A DNA stretch of 64,000 nt from Candidatus Omnitrophota bacterium (GTDB lineage Bacteria; Omnitrophota; Gorgyraeia; Zapsychrales; Zapsychraceae): NCBI GenBank assembly GCA_015233405.1, contig JADFXT010000001.1:18238-82237 (forward strand). Reading direction: 5' to 3'. The translations under genes and the position numbers were made by a program. Below the pieces are notes generated by a model. The model did not search any database and was not told the DNA's origin. It worked only from the letters and a program-made list of their open reading frames with translations. Each line of letters opens with the position of its first letter. The first letter of the stretch is position 1. Positions 28,320 to 38,307 of this stretch are shown piece after piece.

Positions 28320-29180
28320 ATGAAAATGAATTCCTCTGGAAAAGTTGTTACAATCTTTATTGCTATTTTTGTGGTCTTGTTGATTTCTTTAACGGCCATT
28401 TCGATGTTTTATCTCCAGCAGGAATCAAAAATCCGTCGAGAAGCTGAATCCCAATTAGAAAAAGCCAAAACGCAAATAACGTCTTTGGAAGGCGAGCGCG
28501 ACGGGTTAAAGAAAGATAAATTTGTCCTGGAGGCAAAGAATAAAGAAGCGGATGACCGTATCAATGATTTATCGTCGGAGTTGGATTTGGAAAAAGGCCT
28601 GCGCGAACAGATGAAAACGGAAAACACTTCTTTGAAATCACAGTTGGACCAGGAAAAGCAAGCTAACGCGGTTCTTCAGGGACAATTCGATAAGCAATCG
28701 GCGGAATTACAAAAGACAACTTCTGACCTACAGACAAGCCTTAAAGAAAATCAAGATAACGAAGCCCGCGCGAAAACAGCCGAACAGGCCGCTGCAGAGT
28801 TAAAAGAAAAAATGGCGAAGATGGAAGAAGGATTTGCTCCGACTAATAATAATTTAGCGATGAATGACCCCGTGAGCCAAGCTAAACAGACTGTGGCTAA
28901 AGACCAGGTCCAGTTGGATAAAATTGTGGTTTCTCCTAAACAAGTCCCCGAAGGAAGGGTTTTAAGTGTTGATACGGAAACAGAATTTGTGATCATTAAC
29001 CTCGGCGAGAAAGATGGCGTCCGGCAAGGCGACCTCTTGGCTGTTTACCGAGGCAAGGATTATTTAGGCGATATCAAAGTGACCCGTCTTCAGGCGGAAA
29101 TGGCCGCTGCGGACCTGCTTCCGCCATTCTCCAGCAAGCTTGTGCGCAAGAATGACCAAGTCGTCAGCAAAACACAATGA
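28320..29180 (+). CDS. Membrane-anchored coiled-coil protein with C-terminal beta-rich domain (GspM/PilO position)
   Basis: N-terminal TM; ~150 aa heptad-rich Q/E/K region; C-term RVLSVDTETEFVIINLGEKDGVRQGDLLAVYRG. Confidence 0.3.
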   Translation: MKMNSSGKVVTIFIAIFVVLLISLTAISMFYLQQESKIRREAESQLEKAKTQITSLEGERDGLKKDKFVLEAKNKEADDRINDLSSELDLEKGLREQMKTENTSLKSQLDQEKQANAVLQGQFDKQSAELQKTTSDLQTSLKENQDNEARAKTAEQAAAELKEKMAKMEEGFAPTNNNLAMNDPVSQAKQTVAKDQVQLDKIVVSPKQVPEGRVLSVDTETEFVIINLGEKDGVRQGDLLAVYRGKDYLGDIKVTRLQAEMAAADLLPPFSSKLVRKNDQVVSKTQ

Positions 29181-30463
29181 ACCTTTCGGTTAAACCCGCC
29201 ACACAGTTAAAGGGCAAGGTTTTCCTTCCTGCTTCAAAATCATATTCTATTCGTGCATGTATCATTGCAGCCTGCGGCGGAATGTCGACGATAAATTCCA
29301 TTTCTGATTGTGATGATGCTAAAGTCGCTCTAAAGATCGCTCGTGCTTTGGGTGCAGATATCAAGCCTTTAAAGAATAATTCTTACCGAATCAAGGCCTT
29401 TCATCACCCTTTTAAACTTTCCAGCGTCAACGTCCAGGAATCCGGTACGGTTTTGCGGTTTCTTTTACCTTTGGTATCCTTATATGCGGCACAATCCATT
29501 ATCGACGGGGAAGGGACCTTAAAGGGCCGGCCGAATTTATTTTTGACGCAAACGTTGCGCGAGATGGGCGTTGATATTAAAGGTACTGGCCCGAAGGAAA
29601 GTGTTCCGATTCATTTTCATGGCGGGAATCTTCATGCCGGTGATATAGCTATTGACGGAAGTTTAAGTAGCCAGTTTATCTCCGCACTTTTGATTGCCTG
29701 CCCGCAGCTTAAAGGCGATAGTACGCTAACACTTAAAGGCAAAAAATTAGTCTCGTCGGATTACATTACTATGACGATCCAGATCTTAAAAAAGTCCGGT
29801 ATCGTCGTCCAGCAAAGGGGCCAACGTTATTTTGCCATCAAAGGCCTTCAGAAATTTAAAGGATTGAAGAATTTTACTGTTCCGTCGGATTATGGCTTGG
29901 CCGCGTTCCTTTTAGCTGCGGCGTGTCTGGTAAATTCCGATGTGACCTTAACAGGATTTTTATCCGATGATTTTATTCAGGCCGACGGGCAGATATTAAA
30001 TTTCTTAAAGAAAATGGGCGCGCGGTTTACGAAAACCTCCAAATTCCTCCGCGTCCAAGGCCCGTGTTCATTAAAAGGCGGTGATTTTTCCTTAAAGAGT
30101 TGTCCGGATTTAGTTCCCATCATGGCGGTCTTGGCGTTATTTGCCGATGGCAGAACGCGGCTTTATGATATCGCTCATGCCCGGGCCAAAGAATCTGACC
30201 GTATCAGCGATTTAAGAACGGAACTTCTCAAACTTGGTGCGAAGGTTTCGGAAACAGCCAATGAACTTATTATTGAGCCGCAAGCTTCTTATAAAGAAAA
30301 TTGTGTGCTTGATCCTCATCATGACCACCGCCTCGCCATGGCGTTTTCTGTGTTCGGGTTAAGGCATCCGGTCGTCGTCAAAGATGTCGAATGCACCCAT
30401 AAATCTTATCCTGGTTTCTTCAAGGATTTTAAAGCCCTGGGGGCTAAGGTTTTTAAGCAATAG
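29177..30463 (+). CDS. aroA: 3-phosphoshikimate 1-carboxyvinyltransferase (EPSP synthase)
   Basis: LPASKSYSIRA; ARAKESDRI; DHRLAMAFSVFGL; 428 aa. Confidence 0.8.
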   Translation: MNLSVKPATQLKGKVFLPASKSYSIRACIIAACGGMSTINSISDCDDAKVALKIARALGADIKPLKNNSYRIKAFHHPFKLSSVNVQESGTVLRFLLPLVSLYAAQSIIDGEGTLKGRPNLFLTQTLREMGVDIKGTGPKESVPIHFHGGNLHAGDIAIDGSLSSQFISALLIACPQLKGDSTLTLKGKKLVSSDYITMTIQILKKSGIVVQQRGQRYFAIKGLQKFKGLKNFTVPSDYGLAAFLLAAACLVNSDVTLTGFLSDDFIQADGQILNFLKKMGARFTKTSKFLRVQGPCSLKGGDFSLKSCPDLVPIMAVLALFADGRTRLYDIAHARAKESDRISDLRTELLKLGAKVSETANELIIEPQASYKENCVLDPHHDHRLAMAFSVFGLRHPVVVKDVECTHKSYPGFFKDFKALGAKVFKQ

Positions 30464-30488
30464 TTAAAAACAGCCTCCAACAAACCAT

Positions 30489-30517
30489 TTGACAGCCAAA
30501 ATCTTTTCATATATTAT
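30489..30517 (+). promoter_or_regulatory. Candidate sigma70 promoter for mreB
   Basis: TTGACA-N17-TATTAT. Confidence 0.5.
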
Positions 30518-30578
30518 TACTTAATCTTCGTACTAAAAATAATCTTTCCATTAAACACTTATCTTAAAGGGAGAGTTC

Positions 30579-31652
30579 ATGTTGCAGAAATTCATGAGAA
30601 TTATTCGGAAAATTTATAACTACATTTTGGGGCTTTTTTCCAACGATATGGGCATTGATCTGGGAACGGCTACAACCCTTGTTTTTGTCCGTGGGGAAGG
30701 CGTTGTCCTTTGTGAGCCATCGGTCGTCGCCATTGAAAAAGACACAAATCGGGTCTTGGCCGTCGGGGAAGAAGCTAAAAAAATGTTAGGGAAAACCCCT
30801 GGTAACATTATGGCGATCCGTCCGATGAAAGACGGCGTTATCTCGGATTTTGAAATTACCGAGGCGATGTTAAAGTATTTTATTAAGAAGGTCCATCACC
30901 GAAGGACGTTCGTAAGCCCGGCCATGGTCATTGGTATTCCTTCAGGCATTACGGCTGTTGAAAAAAGAGCGGTCCGCGATTCTGCGATGCGTGCGGGTGC
31001 CCGTTCGGTCGAATTTATCGAAGAGCCTAAGGCTGCGGCCATCGGCGTGGGACTTCCTGTTGAAGAACCCGGCGGAAACATGATCATTGATATCGGCGGC
31101 GGGACCACGGAATTTGCCGTTATTTCTTTAGGTGGGATTGTCTATGCTAAGTCGGTCCGTATCGCTGGAGATAAAATGGACGAGGCGATCGTGGAATATC
31201 TTCGTAAGACATATAATTTGATGATCGGAGAGAGGACCGCGGAAGAAATTAAAATCCGTATCGGTTCTGCGTATCCTTTGGAAGAAGAACTGAATATGGA
31301 TGTGCGCGGCCGCGATTTGATTTCAGGGTTGCCTAAAACCGTTTCTATTTCTTCTGTTGAAGTCCGTGAAGCGTTGCATGATCCTATCCAGGCTATTGTG
31401 GATGCGTCTAAAACAACTCTGGAACAAACGCCGCCCGAACTTTCCGCGGATTTGATCGACCGCGGCATCGTTATGGCTGGAGGCGGATCTCTCATTAGAG
31501 GACTGGACAAGCGCATCGCCGAAGAAACCGGCTTAGCCGTGCATATTGCCGATGATCCTCTGACGGCTGTCGTTTTAGGGACGGGACATATGTTAAGCAT
31601 GCCGGCACGTTTGCGCAGAAGAATCGGCGTTCCCATAAGATTAGATTTTTAG
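30579..31652 (+). CDS. mreB: Rod shape-determining protein MreB
   Basis: [11 protein letters not shown]; [18 protein letters not shown]; the true start may be the downstream ATG (MRIIRK...) of this ORF. Confidence 0.95.
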   Translation: MLQKFMRIIRKIYNYILGLFSNDMGIDLGTATTLVFVRGEGVVLCEPSVVAIEKDTNRVLAVGEEAKKMLGKTPGNIMAIRPMKDGVISDFEITEAMLKYFIKKVHHRRTFVSPAMVIGIPSGITAVEKRAVRDSAMRAGARSVEFIEEPKAAAIGVGLPVEEPGGNMIIDIGGGTTEFAVISLGGIVYAKSVRIAGDKMDEAIVEYLRKTYNLMIGERTAEEIKIRIGSAYPLEEELNMDVRGRDLISGLPKTVSISSVEVREALHDPIQAIVDASKTTLEQTPPELSADLIDRGIVMAGGGSLIRGLDKRIAEETGLAVHIADDPLTAVVLGTGHMLSMPARLRRRIGVPIRLDF

Positions 31653-31783
31653 TTAAAGGCCATAGGCTAAAAAGATATTTTCCAATAACCCTTTAGTCTA
31701 TGGTCTGTTTTCTTTCTACCCTGCTTAACCTTTCCACACCGGGTGTGGAAACGGTTATTAGGGTGTGAGGGCGTTAACCTGTC

Positions 31784-32569
31784 ATGATTTCCAGAAGAAT
31801 CATAAAAAACATTGCCTATGTGATCATCCTCCTCGTTCCTTTCTTTTTATTTTTCTCCCGCAATAAAGTTTTTCAAGATTTAAAATTAAAAATGGTCGGG
31901 TTGTCCGCCGGACCTGTTCGGCTGATCTCGGTTCCGTTTAAGGAAGCGAAAAAGATTTTATATTATCACCGGACCTTTGAAGAATATAAACGGCTAAACC
32001 GGGAAGTGAATACGTTAAAAAACCGGTTGGTGGGCTTGGAAGAAGCCTTGAAAGAAAATACCCGTTTAGAAAGGTTGTTAAAATTCCAGAGAAACCAGGT
32101 CTATTCGTCCGTCGTGGCGAATGTGATCGGACGAAATCCTTCTTATTGGAATTCCGCGATGATCATTGATAAGGGCTCGCTCGACGGTATTCGTCAGGGA
32201 TTTCCTGTGGTGGATTCTGCCGGGGTCGTGGGAAAAGTCGCTGAGGTTGGCCCTAAGACCAGCAAGGTGATCCTTTTGACCGACCCGGAATTTAGCGCGG
32301 CAGCGCTTGTTCAGGAATCCCGGGAAAGCGGTTTGGTGTCCGGGACGCTGCGCGGGCTTTGCCGAATGAAGTATATGAACCCCGGGGCCGATATCCAGGT
32401 GGGAAACAAGATCATCACGTCAAAGCTCAGTTCTTCTTTCCCCGAGGGATTATTGATAGGCCAAGTGGTAGAAATTTCCTCAACGTCTAAAGACCTTGCC
32501 GCGGAATGTGTCATCGAACCTGCGGTCTCCTTATCTCAGCTTGAAGAGGTCTTGGTTATCGTAAAATAA
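31784..32569 (+). CDS. mreC: Rod shape-determining protein MreC
   Basis: TM, coiled coil, beta-barrel GVVGKVAEVGPKTSKVILLTD; downstream of mreB. Confidence 0.85.
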   Translation: MISRRIIKNIAYVIILLVPFFLFFSRNKVFQDLKLKMVGLSAGPVRLISVPFKEAKKILYYHRTFEEYKRLNREVNTLKNRLVGLEEALKENTRLERLLKFQRNQVYSSVVANVIGRNPSYWNSAMIIDKGSLDGIRQGFPVVDSAGVVGKVAEVGPKTSKVILLTDPEFSAAALVQESRESGLVSGTLRGLCRMKYMNPGADIQVGNKIITSKLSSSFPEGLLIGQVVEISSTSKDLAAECVIEPAVSLSQLEEVLVIVK

Positions 32570-32591
32570 CGCTAAAAGGTTTTAAAAGAAT

Positions 32592-33080
32592 ATGATGCGA
32601 AAAATTTTATTTATCGTGGCCGTGATTTTTATCGCATTTCTCGTCGAGTTCTTGTTGTTTAATTTTGTCGGCCGATGGATCATGCCCAATCTTTTGCTAT
32701 TGGTCGTGATCTTTTTTAATTTGTTGTGGGGAATCCGGTTCAGCCTTTTTACGGCCGTTATAGCCGGCCTCTTACAGGACAGCTTCAGCACCAATCCTTT
32801 TGGCGTCCATTTGTTCTCATTTGTCGTGTGCGCTTTTGCGGCGACATTGATTAAGAAAATTATTTATCCCGGAGGGTCTAGGTCGATTCGGCTGCTTTTA
32901 GTTTCCCTCATCGTAATCGTCAATTTTTTGGTCCAGTTTTTCCTGCACATGGTCTTTGGTGTCGTTGATGTTCGGGAAACGATGCGATTTATCTTTATCC
33001 CCGAGATGTTGACGACATTGATCGTGACCAACTATTGTTTTAATCAACTTAAAATATGCGTATTAAAGTTTTTCGTATAA
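32592..33080 (+). CDS. mreD: Rod shape-determining protein MreD
   Basis: Small polytopic membrane protein following mreC. Confidence 0.75.
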   Translation: MMRKILFIVAVIFIAFLVEFLLFNFVGRWIMPNLLLLVVIFFNLLWGIRFSLFTAVIAGLLQDSFSTNPFGVHLFSFVVCAFAATLIKKIIYPGGSRSIRLLLVSLIVIVNFLVQFFLHMVFGVVDVRETMRFIFIPEMLTTLIVTNYCFNQLKICVLKFFV

Positions 33081-34768
33081 TTGTTGTCATTTTATTTATC
33101 ATCACGGTCCTGAATTTGATCTACATTCAAGCGATCCGGGGCGGGTATTATTATGATCTGAGCATGAACAACCGCATCCGCGTTGTTCCGACGGAAGGAT
33201 GGCGGGGCCGTATCTTTGACCGTAACGGCGTTCTCTTGGCGGATAATCATAGGACGTATAATGTGATGGTGACCCCGCAGGATGTCAAAGATGGGGAGGA
33301 ATTATTTTCTTTCTTAAGCTCGGCGTTGGGGATCAATGAACGGGTCCTTCTTCGGACATATCGTTTAAGGGAAGTTGCTCCGTTTGAGCCGGTGGTTGTC
33401 GCCGAGAATATCAGCCGGGAACAAGCAATTGTCCTGGAAGAAAATACCTATCGTTTTCCCAGCTTGATGGTCCAGGAAAGTTTTAGGCGTATTTATCCTT
33501 TACGCGAAAATAGCGCCCATGTTTTAGGGTATGTGGGCAAGATGAATGAATCGGACATTAATCTCTTGGAAGAATACGGATATTCCCCTCAAAGCCTCGT
33601 CGGATATTTGGGTGTTGAAGAATACTATAACGAGATTTTGCGGGGAGACACAGGAGGCTTGCAACTTGAGGTTAATAGCCGCGGGCAGCAAGTGCGGCTA
33701 CTGAGTTTTAAAGAACCCGTCAAGGGAACCGATATTACGTTAACGATCGACTCCAAAATCCAGGGGGCGGCGCTTAATCTGTTACAGAGTAAAATAGGCA
33801 GTATTATTGTGATGGATGCGGACAACGGAGAAATCCTGGCGTTGACAAATTTCCCGGCGTTCGATCCGAATCTGTTTAGTGATCCTAAATCGTCGTCGGG
33901 GGTTCAGGGATTATTGTCTAATTCCCAATCTCCTTTGCTCAACCGTGCGATTAAAGGGCTTTATCCGCCGGGGTCGGTATTTAAGATCCCTGTGGCTATG
34001 GCGGCCTTGGATTTAAACAAGATTATTCCCGCCACGACATTTTATTGCCCTGGCTTTTACGAACTCGGCGGCAGGAAATTTGGATGTTCCCACGTTCATG
34101 GGCCTCAAAATTTGATTGAAGCCATTGCCCATTCCTGTAATGTGTATTTTTTCCATGTGGGCTTGACCGTCGGGGCTGACGCCATTTATCGTTATGCGGA
34201 TCTGCTGGGATTGGGGAATTTAACGCGTGTGGACATCCCTTATGAAAAAAAAGGCAGCATCCCTCATCGGGCGCAGAATATCTTGTCGGGAAAAAGATGG
34301 TATACCGGAAACACATTGAATTTTTCCATCGGGCAAGGAGATACTTTGATCACCCCGCTTCAATTGACGCGGATGATGGCAACGGTTTTTAACGACGGGC
34401 TTCAGGTCCAGCCGCATATTATTCGTTTGATCGGAGATAAGGCGGTGCTGAGATACAATGCCAAACAACAGTTAAAAATTGACCCTGAGATTTTTCGGAT
34501 TATTAAGCAGGGGCTTAAAGGGGCGGTGCAATCCGAAAGCGGAACCGCGCATGTTTTGGATATTGCAGGGTTTGACATCGAGGGGAAAACAGGAACAGCG
34601 CAATCATTTGGCGAGAAGGGAACGCATGCCTGGTTTGTGGGTTATGTAGCAGGAGCGAAGCGTCGTCTAACTTTTTGTGTTTTCTTAGAGCATGGAGGCG
34701 GTAGTGAGAACGCTTGTTGGGTGGCCCGGAGTTTATTGGAAGCCATGATCAAGGACGGAGCGATATAA
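33056..34768 (+). CDS. mrdA: Penicillin-binding protein 2 (elongasome transpeptidase)
   Basis: SxxK (GSVFK), SxN (HSCN), KTGT motifs; N-terminal TM. Confidence 0.9.
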   Translation: MRIKVFRIIVVILFIITVLNLIYIQAIRGGYYYDLSMNNRIRVVPTEGWRGRIFDRNGVLLADNHRTYNVMVTPQDVKDGEELFSFLSSALGINERVLLRTYRLREVAPFEPVVVAENISREQAIVLEENTYRFPSLMVQESFRRIYPLRENSAHVLGYVGKMNESDINLLEEYGYSPQSLVGYLGVEEYYNEILRGDTGGLQLEVNSRGQQVRLLSFKEPVKGTDITLTIDSKIQGAALNLLQSKIGSIIVMDADNGEILALTNFPAFDPNLFSDPKSSSGVQGLLSNSQSPLLNRAIKGLYPPGSVFKIPVAMAALDLNKIIPATTFYCPGFYELGGRKFGCSHVHGPQNLIEAIAHSCNVYFFHVGLTVGADAIYRYADLLGLGNLTRVDIPYEKKGSIPHRAQNILSGKRWYTGNTLNFSIGQGDTLITPLQLTRMMATVFNDGLQVQPHIIRLIGDKAVLRYNAKQQLKIDPEIFRIIKQGLKGAVQSESGTAHVLDIAGFDIEGKTGTAQSFGEKGTHAWFVGYVAGAKRRLTFCVFLEHGGGSENACWVARSLLEAMIKDGAI

Positions 34769-34771
34769 CAT

Positions 34772-35881
34772 TTGAGGGGACTTTTTATGGGACGCGATTT
34801 AGAAAAGAAAATCTGGCTGTATAGTTTGATTATTATGTTTATCGGGTTGGTTGTTTTATACAGCGCATCGTATAACAACGTACGCGTCGGGCAGAAAGTG
34901 TTTTTTGATCAATTGGGCTTTGCGGGGATCGGGATTGTGATCATGTATGTCCTCGGGAGAATCGATTACCGTAAATTTTATGATTCAGCCTATTTTCTTT
35001 ATGCCCTGAATGTTTTTGTGCTATTTCTGGTATTGGTCACAGGCCGCCAGGCTTTGGGCGCAAGCCGTTGGATTGATATCGCAGGGATATCTTTTCAGCC
35101 GTCGGAATTCATGAAATTGACGCTTATTTTAATGTTGGGACGGTATTTTTCCCGGCGGCGGGTGAATTTATCGTTTAGCTTTTTAAGTAAGACCCAGCTC
35201 ATCATTCGTGATTTTATTTTTCCGTTTACTTTGACGCTGATCCCCATGTTCTTGATTTTTAAACAGCCGGATTTGGGGACGGCGCTTTTGCTCTTCGGCA
35301 TATTTTTCATTATGCTGTTTGTCGGCGGGATCGGGTATCGATATATTTTAAGTTTCTTTATTTTTTGTTTATGTTTCTCTCCCTTGGCATGGCATATTTT
35401 AAAGCCTTATCAAAGAGACCGGTTGCTGGTTTTCTTAAACCCGGATAAAGACCCTTTAGGCGCCGGCTATACCATCATCCAGTCTAAGATCGCTATTGGT
35501 TCTGGCCAATTATTCGGCAAAGGCTGGCTCGCCGGCACGCAAAGCCAATTGAATTTCTTACCGGAGCGCCATACGGATTTTATTTTTTCCGTCGTCGGGG
35601 AGGAATGGGGGCTTATGGGGACGCTGTTGGTTTTAGCCATGTATTTTCTTCTGATCCATACGGCCATTAATATCGCTGAACAAATCAAAGACCGGTTTGG
35701 CGTTTACGTTTGTATTGGCATTGCAGCGATCTTGGCGCTTCAGGCGATCATCAACATCGGGATGGTCATGGGATTATTTCCGATCGTCGGTATCACGCTG
35801 CCCTTTATTAGTTATGGACGGTCATCATTTTTTGTCTGCGTTTTTATGATGGGATTTTTACTGAGCCTCAGTAAGCGATAG
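34772..35881 (+). CDS. mrdB: Peptidoglycan glycosyltransferase RodA (SEDS family)
   Basis: FtsW/RodA/SpoVE topology; follows mrdA. Confidence 0.85.
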   Translation: MRGLFMGRDLEKKIWLYSLIIMFIGLVVLYSASYNNVRVGQKVFFDQLGFAGIGIVIMYVLGRIDYRKFYDSAYFLYALNVFVLFLVLVTGRQALGASRWIDIAGISFQPSEFMKLTLILMLGRYFSRRRVNLSFSFLSKTQLIIRDFIFPFTLTLIPMFLIFKQPDLGTALLLFGIFFIMLFVGGIGYRYILSFFIFCLCFSPLAWHILKPYQRDRLLVFLNPDKDPLGAGYTIIQSKIAIGSGQLFGKGWLAGTQSQLNFLPERHTDFIFSVVGEEWGLMGTLLVLAMYFLLIHTAINIAEQIKDRFGVYVCIGIAAILALQAIINIGMVMGLFPIVGITLPFISYGRSSFFVCVFMMGFLLSLSKR

Positions 35882-36007
35882 CTATTTTCTTGATAAGCTC
35901 GAAGAACAATTCCATTTTGCATTTGTTTCCTTTTAAGAAGTATAGTAGAATTAAAGAAATTTTTCGGGCGAAAAAACATCTTCGATAAAACAACAAAGGT
36001 TTGCCAT

Positions 36008-36466
36008 ATGAAACAATTCAAAAGGACTTCTAATAAACAATTAGGGGAGCTCTTGATTGAACGTGGCGTGATTACGCAGGAACAACTGCAGACCGCCATT
36101 GCGAAACAAAAAGAGAAAAAACGATTGATTGGCGAGATTCTCGTCGAGCTTGATTTTGCGACAGAAAAAGACATCGCTCAGGCTTTAACATGCCAGTATG
36201 GGATTCCCTATCTTCCGTTGGGGAATTATGAGATTGATAAAGAAATTCTGAGCATGGCCCCAGAAGATGTCTGCCGGAAATATTGTTTAATCCCCGTTGA
36301 TAAGATCGGCAAGAGCCTGACCATAGCCATGGCCAATCCTTTGAATACTCCGGCGATTGAAGCGGTTGAACTTCTCACGGGCTGCATTGTCCAAGTGTTT
36401 GTCAGCACGACAACAGAGGTTCTTCAGGCGATTAACAAAAATTATCCTAAAGCCGAGACCCTATAG
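36008..36466 (+). CDS. Stand-alone T2SSE_N / MshEN-domain protein (putative c-di-GMP receptor)
   Basis: QLGELLIERGVITQEQLQTAIAKQ and LIGEILVELDFATEKDIAQALTCQ match the tandem 24-residue MshEN motif RLGxxLLxxGLIxxxxLxxALxxQ; no ATPase domain. Confidence 0.7.
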   Translation: MKQFKRTSNKQLGELLIERGVITQEQLQTAIAKQKEKKRLIGEILVELDFATEKDIAQALTCQYGIPYLPLGNYEIDKEILSMAPEDVCRKYCLIPVDKIGKSLTIAMANPLNTPAIEAVELLTGCIVQVFVSTTTEVLQAINKNYPKAETL

Positions 36467-36519
36467 AATTTTAGCGGCACGATGCATATCGAAATCTTTC
36501 CTCGCGGATCTTTTAGGCC

Positions 36520-38304
36520 GTGGGGAAATTCATAAAAATCATAGATGAAAAGACTTTCCATCCCATGGCTTCCTTAAAAGACCGTCTACAACAGATACTC
36601 CTTCAGCATAAACTTGTTTCGCCGGAAAATTTGGACAAGGCGTTAAAACAGCAGGAACAGGAAGGCGGCGAACTTAGTAAGATCCTTATTAAGTTGAACC
36701 TTATCGACGAAGAAACTTTGATCCCGGTCCTTTCCGAGGCCATGGAAGTCCCGCTGATTCACATCTCACGGCTTCATATTGACCCAGAAGTCGTCAAGAT
36801 TGTTCCTCAAGATGTTGCGCAGAAATATCAGGTGATCCCTGTTTCCCTTTTAGGCGATCATTTGACCGTGGCGATGGCAGATCCTTTAAATATTTTTGCC
36901 GTGGATAATCTTAAAGCGTTAACAGGTTATACGATCATTCCGGTGATTGGCAGGGAAGAGGAGATCCGTTTGGCCATTAGCCGGCATTATGGTATTGAGG
37001 ATACAGGAACAGCGACGGGGAAATTCAAGGAAATCATCAAAGATATTCAGGACACAGGAGATATTGAACTCGTCAAGGAAGCCGGCCATCATGACCCTAA
37101 GGCCGTCGAGGAACTTGCAGACGATGCCCCAATTATCAAATTAACGGATACCATTATTCAACAAGCCGCATTTGCCAAGGCCAGCGATGTGTTTATTGAG
37201 CCGATGGAAAAGACCCTGCGGATCCGTTACAGAATCGACGGGATGATCCGAGAGATCGACCGGATGGCCAAATTCCTGCACGCGCCGATCATTTCCCGCA
37301 TCAAGGTCATTTCCAATTTAGATATTTCAGAACACCGCCTTCCTCAAGATGGACGGTTTAAAACGATCATCTCCGGGAAAATCGAGGTGGATTTTCGTGT
37401 TTCTGTTTTGCCGACGCCGTTTGGGGAAAAAATTGTTTTACGCGTCTTAGACCAGCAGGGCACGGTGCTGGATGTGGATAACTTGGGGTTTGACCCGGAA
37501 TCCTTACGCCGGCTCAAGGAGTGTTCTTTTCGGCCGCATGGGATGATTCTTACCTGTGGCCCGACGGGAAGCGGGAAGACGACGACGCTGTATTCTATCC
37601 TTAAATATATTGATTCACCCGAGAAAAATATCGTGACCGTCGAAGACCCGGTGGAATATCAATTGAAAGGGGCCAATCAGGTCAATGTCCGTCCGGCGAT
37701 CGGGTTGACCTTTCCGGCGTGTTTGAGGTCCATTTTACGTCAGGATCCCAATGTCATTTTGATCGGAGAAATCCGGGATACGGAAACATTGGATATTGCC
37801 GTTAAGGCTGCGCTAACCGGGCATCTGGTTTTAAGTTCGCTGCATACGACCACGGCCGCAGGGTCTGTGGTGCGTATGATGAACATGGGCATTGAACCTT
37901 TTTTGATATGCTCGTCGGTGTTGGCGGTTGTGGCTCAGCGGCTTTTACGCCGGCTTTGTCCGCATTGCAAAGAATACTACACGCTTTCTAAGGAGATTGT
38001 CGCCAAAGTGGGGTTGGCAAAAATTGTTTCGCAGGATACGGTGGTGTTATTTAGAGCTAAAGGATGCCCGCAATGTTTTAATACCGGATATCGAGGGCGC
38101 GTTGGGATCACAGAGATCATGGTCTTGTCTATTCGTCTTAAAGAATTAATTCTTCAGAAAGTTGGAGAAGGCAAGATCAAACACGTCGCCCGTCAGGAAG
38201 GAATGAAAACCATGCGGGAGGACGGTTTAAAAAAGGCGATGGAAGGGTTGACGTCGTTAGAGGAAGTTCTCCGTGTCACCGCTCCCGACGAAGAGGAATC
38301 ATGA
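36520..38304 (+). CDS. PilB/GspE-family ATPase 2 with MshEN-type N-domain
   Basis: GPTGSGKTTT; CPHC..CPQC; N-term RLQQILLQHKLVSPENLDKALKQQ. Confidence 0.9.
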   Translation: MGKFIKIIDEKTFHPMASLKDRLQQILLQHKLVSPENLDKALKQQEQEGGELSKILIKLNLIDEETLIPVLSEAMEVPLIHISRLHIDPEVVKIVPQDVAQKYQVIPVSLLGDHLTVAMADPLNIFAVDNLKALTGYTIIPVIGREEEIRLAISRHYGIEDTGTATGKFKEIIKDIQDTGDIELVKEAGHHDPKAVEELADDAPIIKLTDTIIQQAAFAKASDVFIEPMEKTLRIRYRIDGMIREIDRMAKFLHAPIISRIKVISNLDISEHRLPQDGRFKTIISGKIEVDFRVSVLPTPFGEKIVLRVLDQQGTVLDVDNLGFDPESLRRLKECSFRPHGMILTCGPTGSGKTTTLYSILKYIDSPEKNIVTVEDPVEYQLKGANQVNVRPAIGLTFPACLRSILRQDPNVILIGEIRDTETLDIAVKAALTGHLVLSSLHTTTAAGSVVRMMNMGIEPFLICSSVLAVVAQRLLRRLCPHCKEYYTLSKEIVAKVGLAKIVSQDTVVLFRAKGCPQCFNTGYRGRVGITEIMVLSIRLKELILQKVGEGKIKHVARQEGMKTMREDGLKKAMEGLTSLEEVLRVTAPDEEES

Positions 38305-38307
38305 TTT

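Noticed and set aside
30579-30593. Using the first ATG (30579) as the mreB start
   Set aside because: A downstream ATG (MRIIRK...) may be the true start, as MreB N-termini are short before GIDLGT. Coordinates left as in the ORF track with the caveat noted.
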